This document shows positions 19,272-29,023 of a DNA stretch of 40,490 nt, piece after piece. Made by a program: the position numbers and the translations under genes. The first letter of the stretch is position 1, and each line of letters begins with the position of its first letter. Source of the DNA: Pseudobdellovibrionaceae bacterium (GTDB lineage Bacteria > Bdellovibrionota > Bdellovibrionia > Bdellovibrionales > UBA1609). Location: contig JAUVAX010000020.1 of the NCBI GenBank assembly GCA_030591685.1, positions 1 through 40,490 on the forward strand. The letters run 5' to 3'. A model generated the notes under the pieces. The model had not been told where the DNA came from. It saw only the letters and a list, made by a program, of their open reading frames with translations, and did no database searches.

Positions 19272-19985
19272 ATGGTAAAATGGTTTGTTTTTGCAAAGGA
19301 TATTGTCAAAGGCCCTTATGAGACTCAAGAGATTAAGTCTCAGCATCGTAGTGGTGAGATTAAGGGCACATCACTGGTCTGGGGGCGCTTGGTCCCTGAC
19401 TGGATGAATGCCAGTGAGTGGGTTGATCAAGTTGATGGTTTGATTTCTAAAATGGATATTTACTCAGATGATGACAGAGCCTGGCACTATTCTTACGAAA
19501 GTGAAACCTATGGCCCTTACAAGAGGGTTGAGCTTATAGAGGAGCTGGTGAACGTTAAAATTCATGACAGGGTTCACCTGTGGACCACTGGGATGGAAGA
19601 TTGGTCGCCATTATTTGAATTTCACGATATCCTAGACGACATAGGGATTAACCAACGAGCCCATAAGAGAGCACATATTGAGGGGACAGTCCTTGTAACT
19701 AAAAGCACTGGTGAGGTTACAGCGGGTAAATTATCCACAATCTCACAAGAGGGGCTTGGTTTTTATGGAATGATCAATTTGTTCCCCGGAGAGGCTGTCA
19801 CCATTGAAATTATAAGTACTCATTTTAAAACTCACTTAAGGCTTAGCGCGACGATTAAATATGTTTCTGAAAAATACTTTATAGGAGTGCGGTTTGAAAG
19901 CCCCTCCTCTGAGGTGCAATCACAAATTATTGATTATGTGAGAAACTTTGACGAGAGTACTCAGACATACGCTCAGGCCGCTTAG
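19272..19985 (+). CDS. Tandem GYF_2 (DUF4339) domains plus C-terminal PilZ domain
   Basis: Two W.....GPY...(LVW/LW)..G/M..W repeats; QRAHKR (RxxxR), TISQEG, GVRF. Confidence 0.85.
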   Translation: MVKWFVFAKDIVKGPYETQEIKSQHRSGEIKGTSLVWGRLVPDWMNASEWVDQVDGLISKMDIYSDDDRAWHYSYESETYGPYKRVELIEELVNVKIHDRVHLWTTGMEDWSPLFEFHDILDDIGINQRAHKRAHIEGTVLVTKSTGEVTAGKLSTISQEGLGFYGMINLFPGEAVTIEIISTHFKTHLRLSATIKYVSEKYFIGVRFESPSSEVQSQIIDYVRNFDESTQTYAQAA

Positions 19986-20006
19986 CGGACTTATTCAATA
20001 AAAAAT

Positions 20007-20573
20007 TTAATTTTCAGTTACAGGGAAGTAGTACTCAGTTATTACCTCATCATTTGAATTTTTTTTATTATAGATCTCAATAACGCCTTCAGACTGGGCC
20101 TTTAGGCGACCCTGTTGCCATGATTTAGCCTGAGGGTAGACTTTCATGGGGCCTATTGCAGGGGAGCCCGTAAAGATGAGAGCTAAATACTTAAGGGGTT
20201 TCTTTTTGATAATGTAAATACCTTCAGGTAGTTTGAGGCCATTAAGGTCTTCGGTTGATTTAAGAACACATCCAACATGACTCTTTAATCGGCCTGGGGC
20301 CAGAAGCTCAGGGTTGTCCATAAATTCACCAAAAGTAGAAGGGCAGGAGATTTTATTTTTTTTCGCAAAATTTTCGACCTCATTGAGTGAGGCCACTATT
20401 TTATGATAAGGGCCAATGTGGGTTTTGGCTAAAAGAGTGAGGGCTATAGTTTTTAGACCTAAAATTTCAGGTTCCTTATTGACCCCTAGTCGGTAATACA
20501 TAAGCCCCCCCACAACGAAAAGAGTTGTAATAAAGCTTAAAATAACAATTTTAATTATTTTTTTTGCTAACAT
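20007..20573 (-). CDS. GyrI-like small-molecule-binding domain protein with an N-terminal TM anchor
   Basis: HIGPYHKI, FGEF.DNP, LKSHVGC, GSPAIGPMKVYP, IEIY...YYFP. Confidence 0.75.
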   Translation of the reverse strand: MLAKKIIKIVILSFITTLFVVGGLMYYRLGVNKEPEILGLKTIALTLLAKTHIGPYHKIVASLNEVENFAKKNKISCPSTFGEFMDNPELLAPGRLKSHVGCVLKSTEDLNGLKLPEGIYIIKKKPLKYLALIFTGSPAIGPMKVYPQAKSWQQGRLKAQSEGVIEIYNKKNSNDEVITEYYFPVTEN

Positions 20574-20574
20574 A

Positions 20575-21135
20575 TCAGTGGGACCATTTGATAGAGCACC
20601 CCATTGATGGGATCTGCTCTTTTGGCGGAGGCCTGTTGTTTAAAGCTAAGTCAATGGCTGCACTTAGGTCCTCTTTGGAGACTTTATCTGGAGATTTCCA
20701 GGAGTCATCCAAGCGGCCTCGGTAAAAGAGGGCGAGCTCAGAAGTTTCATTTTTATATAAAAAAAGGTCAGGTGTACAGACGGCAGAAAACGATTTTGCA
20801 ATGCTTTGCGCCTCATCAAAAATATAGGCAAACGGATATTTTTTTTCATCAGCACGGAGCTTTAAATTTTCATAAGAGTCCTCGGGGTAATCTTTGGGGT
20901 CATTAGAGCTGATGGCGATAAATTCAACGCCCATTTTTTGATACCTCTGGGCGAGGGATATGAGTCGATCTTCGATGGCCAAAACGTAAGGGCAGTGGTT
21001 ACAAATAAACATGACAACCAGTGCTTTTTTTTGTGAGAAATCATTTTGTGTGATGTTTTTACCGCTTGTAGAGAGCCCTGAAAACTGAGGGAGTTTTGTA
21101 TTTAACTCTACTGGGGGGGTGTATGTGAGTGCCAT
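20575..21135 (-). CDS. Thioredoxin-fold AhpC/TSA family protein
   Basis: MFICNHCPYV, ISSND...YPEDS, AVCTPD, YRGRLDD, PSMGCSIKW. Confidence 0.92.
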   Translation of the reverse strand: MALTYTPPVELNTKLPQFSGLSTSGKNITQNDFSQKKALVVMFICNHCPYVLAIEDRLISLAQRYQKMGVEFIAISSNDPKDYPEDSYENLKLRADEKKYPFAYIFDEAQSIAKSFSAVCTPDLFLYKNETSELALFYRGRLDDSWKSPDKVSKEDLSAAIDLALNNRPPPKEQIPSMGCSIKWSH

Positions 21136-21202
21136 AAATAAAACCTCTCTTCGAGCCCAAATTGCCAGAAGAGGCCCTTGCAGTCAAAGAAAACAGTTGA
21201 TT

Positions 21203-21928
21203 TTATAAATCCATCCACGAAATGGTTTTGTCTTTAAAGATGATATCCCCTAAAGGGCTGACATTACTGATGGCCTGTTCGTAGACAGGGCAACGGTTAA
21301 GAGCTTTTTTGAGTAATAATTGGTCGGCAAGCTCTAATTCTGATTGTTGGCAGAGTAAAATTGTTTTGGAATACTGGGTGTTAAGACCATCCAAGAGCCG
21401 AAACCAGTCCTCAGAAGTAATAAAATCATTGATGTAGTTGGTGATGTGAGTGGCGGTCGTGATATCTTTAGGGTGGTTAAGCACATTAAGGCCCAGGCCT
21501 ACGACAATTTTAAATTGAGCCCCCTGGCTTAAACTTTCAACTAAAATCCCACCGACCTTTTTATCTTTAATGTAAATATCATTAGGAGCTTTTAAGGAGA
21601 ACGGGACTCGCGGCCATGTAGAAACAAGGGCCTCGTAGGTGGCTAACCCAAACAGAGGGGCTGATATAGGCTGTGGCGCTGAAGCGAGGGCAAAGGACCA
21701 TGAAATAAAAAGTTGCCCTCCAGGGCGTCCGCTCTCCCAGCTGTTGTCACCTCGACCCCTGCCTTTTGTTTGAGTTTTACAGGTGTATACTTTTACGGTT
21801 TCCTTAAGATCAAAAGCTTCATTTTTGGCCAGCAAATTAGTGCTCTCGCACTCTTCTGGAGCTATAAAATCCAGCTGAGATTTTTCTAACCACTTGTTTG
21901 TTGAATCAAAGACACATTTAATAGGCAT
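21203..21928 (-). CDS. birA: Biotin-protein ligase without DNA-binding HTH
   Basis: STN, QTKGRGR, KAPND, KVGGILVE, GLGLNV. Confidence 0.9.
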   Translation of the reverse strand: MPIKCVFDSTNKWLEKSQLDFIAPEECESTNLLAKNEAFDLKETVKVYTCKTQTKGRGRGDNSWESGRPGGQLFISWSFALASAPQPISAPLFGLATYEALVSTWPRVPFSLKAPNDIYIKDKKVGGILVESLSQGAQFKIVVGLGLNVLNHPKDITTATHITNYINDFITSEDWFRLLDGLNTQYSKTILLCQQSELELADQLLLKKALNRCPVYEQAISNVSPLGDIIFKDKTISWMDL

Positions 21929-21934
21929 AAGTCT

Positions 21935-22762
21935 CTACTCCCAGTGAAAGAGCAAACTCATATCAGCCGTTGGGGCTGAGTGTGTAAGAGCTCCAACGCT
22001 GATAAAGTTAACTCCCAGTTGTGCAACACTTTTAATTCGTTCAATAGTCATGTTCCCGCTGGCCTCAGTTTCAATAGTCGAGGGTATGATTTCAAGGGCC
22101 TTAGCGAGGGTGTTGTTATCCATATTATCTAAAAGAATCCGATCCACCTCAAGTTGAGAGGCTTTTTTTACGTCATCTAAAGAGTGAGCCTCTACGGTCA
22201 TTTTTTTTGAGCAACTTTCTTTAATACTAACAACAGCCGCCTCAAGTGATCCTATGGCTCGAATGTGGTTTTCTTTTATCATCACCCCTGAGCTGAGATC
22301 CCGGCGATGACTCACCCCTCCCCCATCAATTACGGCCTGCTTTTCGAGGTCTCTTAAAAGAGGAGTTGTTTTTCGGGTGTCTAAAATTTTACACGAAGTA
22401 TTTTGAGTTTGATCTACAAAACAACTGGTAAGAGTAGCAATCCCGCTGAGCTTAGAGATAAAATTAAGTGACACCCTTTCGGCCTGTAGAAGGTCGATTA
22501 AATTAGTTTCAATTAGGGCTATTGTTTGCCCCTTTAAAACAACGTCCCCATTTTTGAAGTACCATTTTACTGTAGCGTCAGAGCATTTATAGTTAATACA
22601 ATCTAAAAATACAGAGGTCCCTGAAAGTATTAGGTCCTCTTTTGCAATAAGCTCAGCCTTACCTTTAATCGATTTAAGGTTTAAATTTATGGTGGTGATA
22701 TCTTCAGTAGGTATGTCTTCTTTGAAAGTAAATTTTATTAGGTCTTCAGTCTTCATGATCAC
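21935..22762 (-). CDS. nadC: Nicotinate-nucleotide pyrophosphorylase (carboxylating)
   Basis: ED...DITT, AERVSLN, DTRKTTP, HR, IKENH, LLDN, EASG, ISVGALTHS. Confidence 0.96.
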   Translation of the reverse strand: MIMKTEDLIKFTFKEDIPTEDITTINLNLKSIKGKAELIAKEDLILSGTSVFLDCINYKCSDATVKWYFKNGDVVLKGQTIALIETNLIDLLQAERVSLNFISKLSGIATLTSCFVDQTQNTSCKILDTRKTTPLLRDLEKQAVIDGGGVSHRRDLSSGVMIKENHIRAIGSLEAAVVSIKESCSKKMTVEAHSLDDVKKASQLEVDRILLDNMDNNTLAKALEIIPSTIETEASGNMTIERIKSVAQLGVNFISVGALTHSAPTADMSLLFHWE

Positions 22763-22789
22763 GCTTGCTCGTTAAGTGTCCGGGCTTTG

Positions 22790-23851
22790 TTATAATTTAT
22801 GAGTTAATTTTTGAATTTCTACTTCAATAACCTCTTTAGCGATTTGAGGGATCATTTCACGTACAAGGGTTTCGACACTGGTGCGACAAACCGATTGAAT
22901 ATATTCTTTGATTTGCTCTTCTGAAAACTGGGGTTGATCAGGGCTTCGTCGTTCTGAAAATCCGGGTTGGTCTGTGGTTCGTCTTTCAGGTCGAAGGTTT
23001 TGAGTTACAAATTCATCTGCCACTAAATCTTCAACTTGTAGCTCTGAATCTGCGTTTGAAAAAGAGGAGGCCTCGTGTGCGGAGCTCTTTTCAGGTGCGG
23101 CTGTTGGAGTGGAAAGCTCATGAGCCTCTGTATGAATTTGATTAATATCTGTTTGGACCCACGCAGAGCCGTCATCTTCGGTTAAGTTTTGAGAGGGTTG
23201 AGGGGTGAGGTTAACCTCTTGAAAATTATCATTCTCAGCACCTAGTGGGGCGTAATTAGTCACAGGATCAAAACCTTGCATGCCTTGGCCTCCTGGCTCA
23301 CTATTGAGCGGGGGTAAAATATTAGGTGCTTGAATCTCTACGCCTGAGTGTGTGATTTCGTCATTAAACTCGTCTTCTAAAACAGGGGGCGTCGGGGGCG
23401 TTAATGACTCAGGGGTGTGCTCTGAGTCTTCAAGTTCTGGTAGGTTAGGAAAGCTTAAATAATCAGAAAGTGTGTGGGTTTGAGTTTTAGGTACAAGATC
23501 TTTAACAATTTGCCTTAGCGAGGTGACATCAAAGGGTTTTTCTATTCTGCCATTGGCTCCGCAGGCTTTAAACTTACCCTCGTCGAGCTCCATAAATGCG
23601 CTCCACATAAGTACAACTGGTGTTGAGAGCGTGTCGGGCTGGGACTTTAATTCGGCGCAGACCTCGTAACCATTTTTTTTCTGCAACATAACATCAGAAA
23701 ATATAATTTCAGGGTGAAAACTTCGGGCCACTGAAAGCACGTCTATGCCCACATTTACAGAGCGAACATCGACTGCGAAGTCTTGTAGGGCTAATTGAAT
23801 AGCTTTTTTTATTGTCGGGCTTTCATCAGCCAGTAAGACGCGAAGGGCCAT
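22790..23851 (-). CDS. romR: RomR-like polarity response regulator (receiver domain, Pro/acidic linker, C-terminal helix)
   Basis: Receiver LLADES.TI..., DVMLQKKNGYEVC.ELK, KPF; C-terminal VETLVREMIPQIAKEVIEVEIQKL resembles the Myxococcus/Bdellovibrio RomR C-terminus. Confidence 0.8.
   Translation of the reverse strand: MALRVLLADESPTIKKAIQLALQDFAVDVRSVNVGIDVLSVARSFHPEIIFSDVMLQKKNGYEVCAELKSQPDTLSTPVVLMWSAFMELDEGKFKACGANGRIEKPFDVTSLRQIVKDLVPKTQTHTLSDYLSFPNLPELEDSEHTPESLTPPTPPVLEDEFNDEITHSGVEIQAPNILPPLNSEPGGQGMQGFDPVTNYAPLGAENDNFQEVNLTPQPSQNLTEDDGSAWVQTDINQIHTEAHELSTPTAAPEKSSAHEASSFSNADSELQVEDLVADEFVTQNLRPERRTTDQPGFSERRSPDQPQFSEEQIKEYIQSVCRTSVETLVREMIPQIAKEVIEVEIQKLTHKL
22921..22986. repeat. 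33-nt tandem duplication inside romR
   Basis: ctgaaaactggggttgatcagggcttcgtcgtt / ctgaaaatccgggttggtctgtggttcgtcttt, encoding ERRTTDQPGFS / ERRSPDQPQFS. Confidence 0.8.
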
Positions 23852-23856
23852 AATTA

Positions 23857-23886
23857 AAGGTACTGGCTTAAGGCAAGGTCCGTCAA
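23857..23886 (-). promoter_or_regulatory. Putative sigma70 promoter of romR
   Basis: TTGACG-N18-TACCTT ending 5 nt before the ATG. Confidence 0.5.
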
Positions 23887-24041
23887 GGTGGATTTGTAGT
23901 TTATGGAGTTAAAAAATAAAGCCTATAAGGGGATCCTCATTTTTTAAGGGAGGCCTGCATTTTTTGCTGATTTCATAGGCGAGACGAGCTGTAGGTAAAA
24001 GCGCGAGCTTGGTCTCGAAGAAGATTATATACGATAACTCT

Positions 24042-24070
24042 TTGACCCCATAGTCAGGGAGGCATAAATT
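24042..24070 (+). promoter_or_regulatory. Putative sigma70 promoter of lptG
   Basis: TTGACC-N17-TAAATT ending 6 nt before the ATG. Confidence 0.55.
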
Positions 24071-24076
24071 ATAGAC

Positions 24077-25156
24077 ATGCCAAGCATTATTGATCGTTAC
24101 ATCGGCCGATTGTTTTTATTATATTTTTTAGCAGGGTTGACTGTTTTTTCGACGCTTTTTTTGACTGTAGACTTTATGTCTGTTGCCGTAAAATATGATG
24201 CATCAACGGAACTACTATTTAAATACTTTGCCTATCAATTGCCGATAACTATTTACCAAATGATACCCATGGCTTGTTTAATCGCTACGGTATTTACAAT
24301 GACAAGTTTAAACAAATCAGGTGAACTAGTCGCCCTTTATGCAAATGGCACGAGCTTAGCTCGGGTGAGTGCGCCAATATTGATAATTGTAGGTGTTTTG
24401 TCGACCTTGTCTTTTTGGATGAGTGATCAGATTTTACCTAAGATGGCCCAAAAAAAAAATTATGTTTTTTTTGTTGAGATTAAAAAAACACCCGGGCTTT
24501 ACTCAACAGTTAAGACTAATAAAATTTGGTATCGAACGGGTAATATTTTATTTAACATTCGCTCTTTAAACCCTCAGGCGCGTGTGGCACAGGGGTTAAC
24601 CTTGTACTATTTTAACCCTTCATGGGATTTAGTACAGCTGGTTACAGCTGAGCAGGCAAAAATAAAAAGTAAAATTTGGGAGCTATCAAATGGTAAAGTA
24701 ACTCTCTTTACGGACCAAGTGAGTTACCCATTAACTAAAATGTTTCGAAAAAAGAATATCGTTATGAAAGAGGGCTTGATGGACATTCAAACCTCCCACC
24801 AAACAACAAGCACGTTATCAGTTAAGCAACTTAAACGATTTATTAAAAGAAACAAAGAGTCGGGCTTGGACACCCTTCATTATGAAATCGATTATCACGG
24901 AAAGTTCAGCTTTGCCTTTGCCGCTTTTGTGATGAGCTTAATGGGGATCCCATTTAGTGTAAAACGAGAGCGCAGTGGCGGTACTTTTGCGAGTGCTGGG
25001 ATGTGCTTGGGCCTGACCTTTCTTTATTGGGCTTTTTATAGCTCGGCGTTAACAATGGGTAAATATGGGGCTTTGCCGCCTATAATTGCAGCTTGGTTGC
25101 CTAACCTTGTTGTGACAGGGGGCTCCGTTTACCTTTTAATGCGTTTAAAGCGATAA
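24077..25156 (+). CDS. lptG: LPS export ABC transporter permease (LptF/LptG family)
   Basis: IIDRYI, ELVAL...G.S..R, periplasmic beta-jellyroll region, G.LPP.IAAWLPN. Confidence 0.85.
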   Translation: MPSIIDRYIGRLFLLYFLAGLTVFSTLFLTVDFMSVAVKYDASTELLFKYFAYQLPITIYQMIPMACLIATVFTMTSLNKSGELVALYANGTSLARVSAPILIIVGVLSTLSFWMSDQILPKMAQKKNYVFFVEIKKTPGLYSTVKTNKIWYRTGNILFNIRSLNPQARVAQGLTLYYFNPSWDLVQLVTAEQAKIKSKIWELSNGKVTLFTDQVSYPLTKMFRKKNIVMKEGLMDIQTSHQTTSTLSVKQLKRFIKRNKESGLDTLHYEIDYHGKFSFAFAAFVMSLMGIPFSVKRERSGGTFASAGMCLGLTFLYWAFYSSALTMGKYGALPPIIAAWLPNLVVTGGSVYLLMRLKR

Positions 25157-25295
25157 ATCATCACAATATCAGTTGATAATGTATAAAACATTCAGTATTT
25201 TTGCCCTCAGCTAAGTAACTAGAATATATCAATATTATAAAAAATATTTTTGTTTTTGTTGGAGTCGCTCAACTCAAAAATTTACAGGAGAAACA

Positions 25296-25883
25296 ATGGC
25301 CATTTTAGATGTTTTAACCTTTCCGGACCCGCGTTTGAGAAAAAAGTCAAAAGCCATTGAGTCTGTAACTAATGAGGTTAAAAAATTGGCCAATGATATG
25401 GTTGAGACGATGTATGATTTTAATGGCATTGGCCTTGCGGCCCCTCAAGTGAACAGTCTTCTTCGTTTAATTGCCCTCGATACTCGGCCCACAAAAGAGG
25501 GTCGCTATAAAAATGAAGACATGACTTCATTAGAGCAATCCATTGAACAACCCCTTATTTTAATTAACCCTGAAATTTTAGAAAAAACAGGTGAGACCAC
25601 CTACGAGGAGGGCTGCCTAAGCCTTCCGAGCTACTTTGAATCGGTAAAGCGCTTTGATTGGATAAAAATTGAAGCGCTGAACTTGAAGGGTGAAAAGTTT
25701 CAACTAGAAGTAGACGGGTTACTAGCGATTTGTATACAGCACGAAATTGATCATTTAGATGGTAAGCTGTTTATTGATCGATTAAGCCCCATTAAGGCTA
25801 ACCGAATAAAATCTAAAATTAAAAAATACGGTTATCCCGATCGTGAGGATGAAACTGAAGAAGAGCTCTCTAAGGAGTTGTAG
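25296..25883 (+). CDS. def: Peptide deformylase
   Basis: GIGLAAPQV, EGCLS, QHEIDHLDG. Confidence 0.98.
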   Translation: MAILDVLTFPDPRLRKKSKAIESVTNEVKKLANDMVETMYDFNGIGLAAPQVNSLLRLIALDTRPTKEGRYKNEDMTSLEQSIEQPLILINPEILEKTGETTYEEGCLSLPSYFESVKRFDWIKIEALNLKGEKFQLEVDGLLAICIQHEIDHLDGKLFIDRLSPIKANRIKSKIKKYGYPDREDETEEELSKEL

Positions 25884-25886
25884 TTA

Positions 25887-26840
25887 ATGAGTGTTTATCG
25901 CACAGTTTTTTTAGGGACACCTGAGTTTGCCAAAACCTGTTTGCAGTCAATGATTGATGACGAGCACTTTGACGTCGTCGGTGTTGTTACACAACCCGAT
26001 CGACCGAGCGGTCGTAAAATGAAATTAACCCCGTCAGTGGTTAAAACACTGGCTTTAAAACATAATATCCCCACCTTGGCGGTTGAAAACATTAACTCCC
26101 GAGAGGTATTAGAGGCCATTAAAACCTGGAACGCTGGGGCCGCAGTTGTTGTTGCTTTTGGGCAAATAGTTTCTCAAGAATTTTTAAACATGTTCCCTCT
26201 AAAGGTGGTGAATGTACATGCGAGCTTGTTGCCACACTTGAGAGGGGCCGCCCCAATACAAAGAGCTATTATGCAAGGGGATGCTGAAACGGGCGTTGCT
26301 TTGCAAGTTATGGTTAAAAAATTAGATGCGGGGGATGTTTTAGGGGTAAGAGCCACCCCTATTACAGATAAAAAAGACGCTCTTACTCTGCACGATGAAC
26401 TGGCCCTATTAGGGTGTGACCTTATAGCCATAGAGTTTATGGACTACCTAAGGGGGAACTTAACTCCGACCCCTCAAGAAGAGTCAAAAAGTACTTATGC
26501 TAAAAAAATTGAAAAAAGTGAGGCTCAAGCGAATTGGGAGCTCTCAGCACGAGAGATATTTAACCAGCAAAGGGGCTTAAAGTTAGGCCCAGGCCTGATG
26601 ACTTTATTTGATAAAAAGAGGCTTAAGTTACACGCTCTCGCTTTAGTCGATACTGAACCTTTAAAGGGTTATAAACCAGGCGAGGTGATTGATGTTTTTG
26701 AGGATTCTTTTACCGTTTTTTGTGGGCAAGGCACTGTCTTGAAGGTTGTTGAAGTTCAGCCCGAGAGTAAGTCTAAAATGAGTTCTTCAGATTTTATAAG
26801 AGGTTATAGTTTAAAAAAAGGGATGGTTTTAGGTGAGTGA
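25887..26840 (+). CDS. fmt: Methionyl-tRNA formyltransferase
   Basis: FLGTPEF, VVTQPDRP.GR, NVHASLLP.LRGAAPIQ, LDAGD. Confidence 0.98.
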   Translation: MSVYRTVFLGTPEFAKTCLQSMIDDEHFDVVGVVTQPDRPSGRKMKLTPSVVKTLALKHNIPTLAVENINSREVLEAIKTWNAGAAVVVAFGQIVSQEFLNMFPLKVVNVHASLLPHLRGAAPIQRAIMQGDAETGVALQVMVKKLDAGDVLGVRATPITDKKDALTLHDELALLGCDLIAIEFMDYLRGNLTPTPQEESKSTYAKKIEKSEAQANWELSAREIFNQQRGLKLGPGLMTLFDKKRLKLHALALVDTEPLKGYKPGEVIDVFEDSFTVFCGQGTVLKVVEVQPESKSKMSSSDFIRGYSLKKGMVLGE

Positions 26841-27498
26841 ATATTTAATTGCGCCAAGTATACTGTCGGCTGACTTTTCTAAGTTAGCCATTGAGATTGA
26901 AGCCGTCACTGACGCAGGGGCCGACTGGATCCATGTAGATGTTATGGACGGACATTTTGTGCCCAACTTAACCTTAGGAGCCCCGGTAGTTAAGTGCATT
27001 AAACCCCATACGGGTGTACCGATGGATGTACACTTAATGATTGAAAACCCTGAAAATTATATTGAGGATTTTGCAAAAGCAGGTGCTGACTACTTAACCA
27101 TACATGTCGAGGCCACTGAAAACCCCGAAAAAACTCTAAAAGCTATAACGGCTAAGGGCATGAAGCCAGGGATCACACTAAAGCCAGGGACTCCGGTGGA
27201 GTCTTTGTGGCCATTTTTAAACTTAGTCGATTTAGTTTTAGTGATGACTGTAGAGCCGGGCTTTGGAGGCCAGTCTTTTATGGAGGACCAGCTCAGTAAG
27301 GTGACTCAAATTAGAAAAAAATTAAATGAAATAAACTCACAGGCTCTCATCGAAATAGATGGCGGGGTAAATGCGCAAACTGCAAAACTTTGCAGGGAGG
27401 CTGATATTTTAGTCGCCGGTAGTTTTGTATTTAAAGGGCAAAGTGTTGCCGACTATCAAGAGGCTATAAAAGCTTTAAAGGATGCTAAACATGTATGA
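26833..27498 (+). CDS. rpe: Ribulose-phosphate 3-epimerase
   Basis: IAPSILSADF, HVDVMDGHFVPNLT, DVHLM, MTVEPGFGGQ, IDGG. Confidence 0.98.
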   Translation: MSEYLIAPSILSADFSKLAIEIEAVTDAGADWIHVDVMDGHFVPNLTLGAPVVKCIKPHTGVPMDVHLMIENPENYIEDFAKAGADYLTIHVEATENPEKTLKAITAKGMKPGITLKPGTPVESLWPFLNLVDLVLVMTVEPGFGGQSFMEDQLSKVTQIRKKLNEINSQALIEIDGGVNAQTAKLCREADILVAGSFVFKGQSVADYQEAIKALKDAKHV

Positions 27499-29023
27499 GA
27501 TCAATGGCGACAACGTAACTATGAGAATGGTGTGGGATGTTGCAAACCACCCTGAAAAAAAAGTTACCCTTGCAAAGTCCTCAATAAAAAAAATGAATGA
27601 AAGTCGCAACTACATCGAGGCCAAAATATCTAATGGCGAGGTGATGTATGGGGTGAACACGGGTTTTGGAGCTTTTAGTGATGTGCAAATTTCAGATGAA
27701 AACATAATTAAGCTTCAAAAAAATTTAATACGCTCACACTCTACAGGTGTGGGGAGCCCGTTTAGAAAATCAGAGTCCAGGGCCATTATGCTTCTCAGGG
27801 CAAACGCCTTATCAAGAGGCCATAGTGGTATACGGGTTAAAGTGGTTGAAAAAATATTAGAGTATTTAAATGAAGACATCATACCCGTTATCCCCCAGCA
27901 GGGTAGTGTGGGGGCCAGTGGTGACCTCGCCCCTTTAAGTCATTTAGCGCTCGCCTTAATTGGTGAGGGCGAGGTATGGGTAGAGGGTCAAGCAAAACCT
28001 GTCGCAGAGGTGCTTGTAAAAAAAGGCATTGAGCCCCTTGAGTTAAAAGCCAAAGAGGGCTTAAGTTTAATTAACGGCTGTCAGGTGATGACGGCCATTG
28101 GTTTATTAAATCTTTATGAGGCCGTAAGGTTACTATGGATGTGTGACATCGCCGGGGCGATGACCTTAGAGTCACTTTTAGGTACTCGCACAGCCTTTGA
28201 CCCTCTTATACCAGCGACCAGAGCTCACCTTGGTGAGGCGATGACAGCAAGAAATATGCTAAAACTTTTAGGACCAACAAGCCCGATCGCCGATAGTCAT
28301 TTGGACTGTGGCCGAGTGCAGGATGCTTACTCGTTACGGTGTATGCCTGCTGTTCATGGGGCGTGTAAAGATGCACTTAGAAATGCCGTTTCGGTTTTAG
28401 AGATCGAGGCCAATTCAAGTACCGACAACCCGCTTGTGTTTGCAAGCGAAAACAAAGTGCTGTCTTGTGGTAACTTTCATGGAGAGCCGGTGGCGTTTCA
28501 ATTAGATTTTGTGGCCATTGCTTTAAGTGGCATGAGTAGTATGTCGGAGTGTCGTATTGAAAAATTAATAAATCCCAACATGAGTGGCTTGCCGGCTTTT
28601 TTAGCTCCTGACGGGGGGTTAAATAGCGGTATGATGATTGTTCAAGTCGCAGCGGCGTCTTTGGTGAGTGAAAACAAAGTGCTCTCTCACCCAGCCTCAG
28701 TAGATAGTATACCGACAAGTGCTGACAAAGAGGACCATGTAAGTATGGGTACCATTGCGGCCCGAAAATTTGGTCAAATACTTAGAAATGCTGAAAACAT
28801 AGTAGCTATGGAGCTTTTATGCGCGGCCCAAGCCTTAGATTTTAGAGCGCCTTTAAAGGCTGCCGGTGCGGTACAACCCGTGCACGACCTAATACGCGAA
28901 AACATCCCCTTTGCCGCTGAGGACCGAGTTTTTCAAAAAGACATTGAGAAAGTAAAAACATTAATACAAGACCATCAAATTTTAAATAAAATCAAAAGTA
29001 CGGTTGGAGAATTGGAGTGGTAA
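27491..29023 (+). CDS. hutH: Histidine ammonia-lyase
   Basis: [20 protein letters not shown] (MIO-forming ASG), [23 protein letters not shown]; start at 27491 favoured by AAGGA spacing (track gives 27482). Confidence 0.97.
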   Translation: MYEINGDNVTMRMVWDVANHPEKKVTLAKSSIKKMNESRNYIEAKISNGEVMYGVNTGFGAFSDVQISDENIIKLQKNLIRSHSTGVGSPFRKSESRAIMLLRANALSRGHSGIRVKVVEKILEYLNEDIIPVIPQQGSVGASGDLAPLSHLALALIGEGEVWVEGQAKPVAEVLVKKGIEPLELKAKEGLSLINGCQVMTAIGLLNLYEAVRLLWMCDIAGAMTLESLLGTRTAFDPLIPATRAHLGEAMTARNMLKLLGPTSPIADSHLDCGRVQDAYSLRCMPAVHGACKDALRNAVSVLEIEANSSTDNPLVFASENKVLSCGNFHGEPVAFQLDFVAIALSGMSSMSECRIEKLINPNMSGLPAFLAPDGGLNSGMMIVQVAAASLVSENKVLSHPASVDSIPTSADKEDHVSMGTIAARKFGQILRNAENIVAMELLCAAQALDFRAPLKAAGAVQPVHDLIRENIPFAAEDRVFQKDIEKVKTLIQDHQILNKIKSTVGELEW

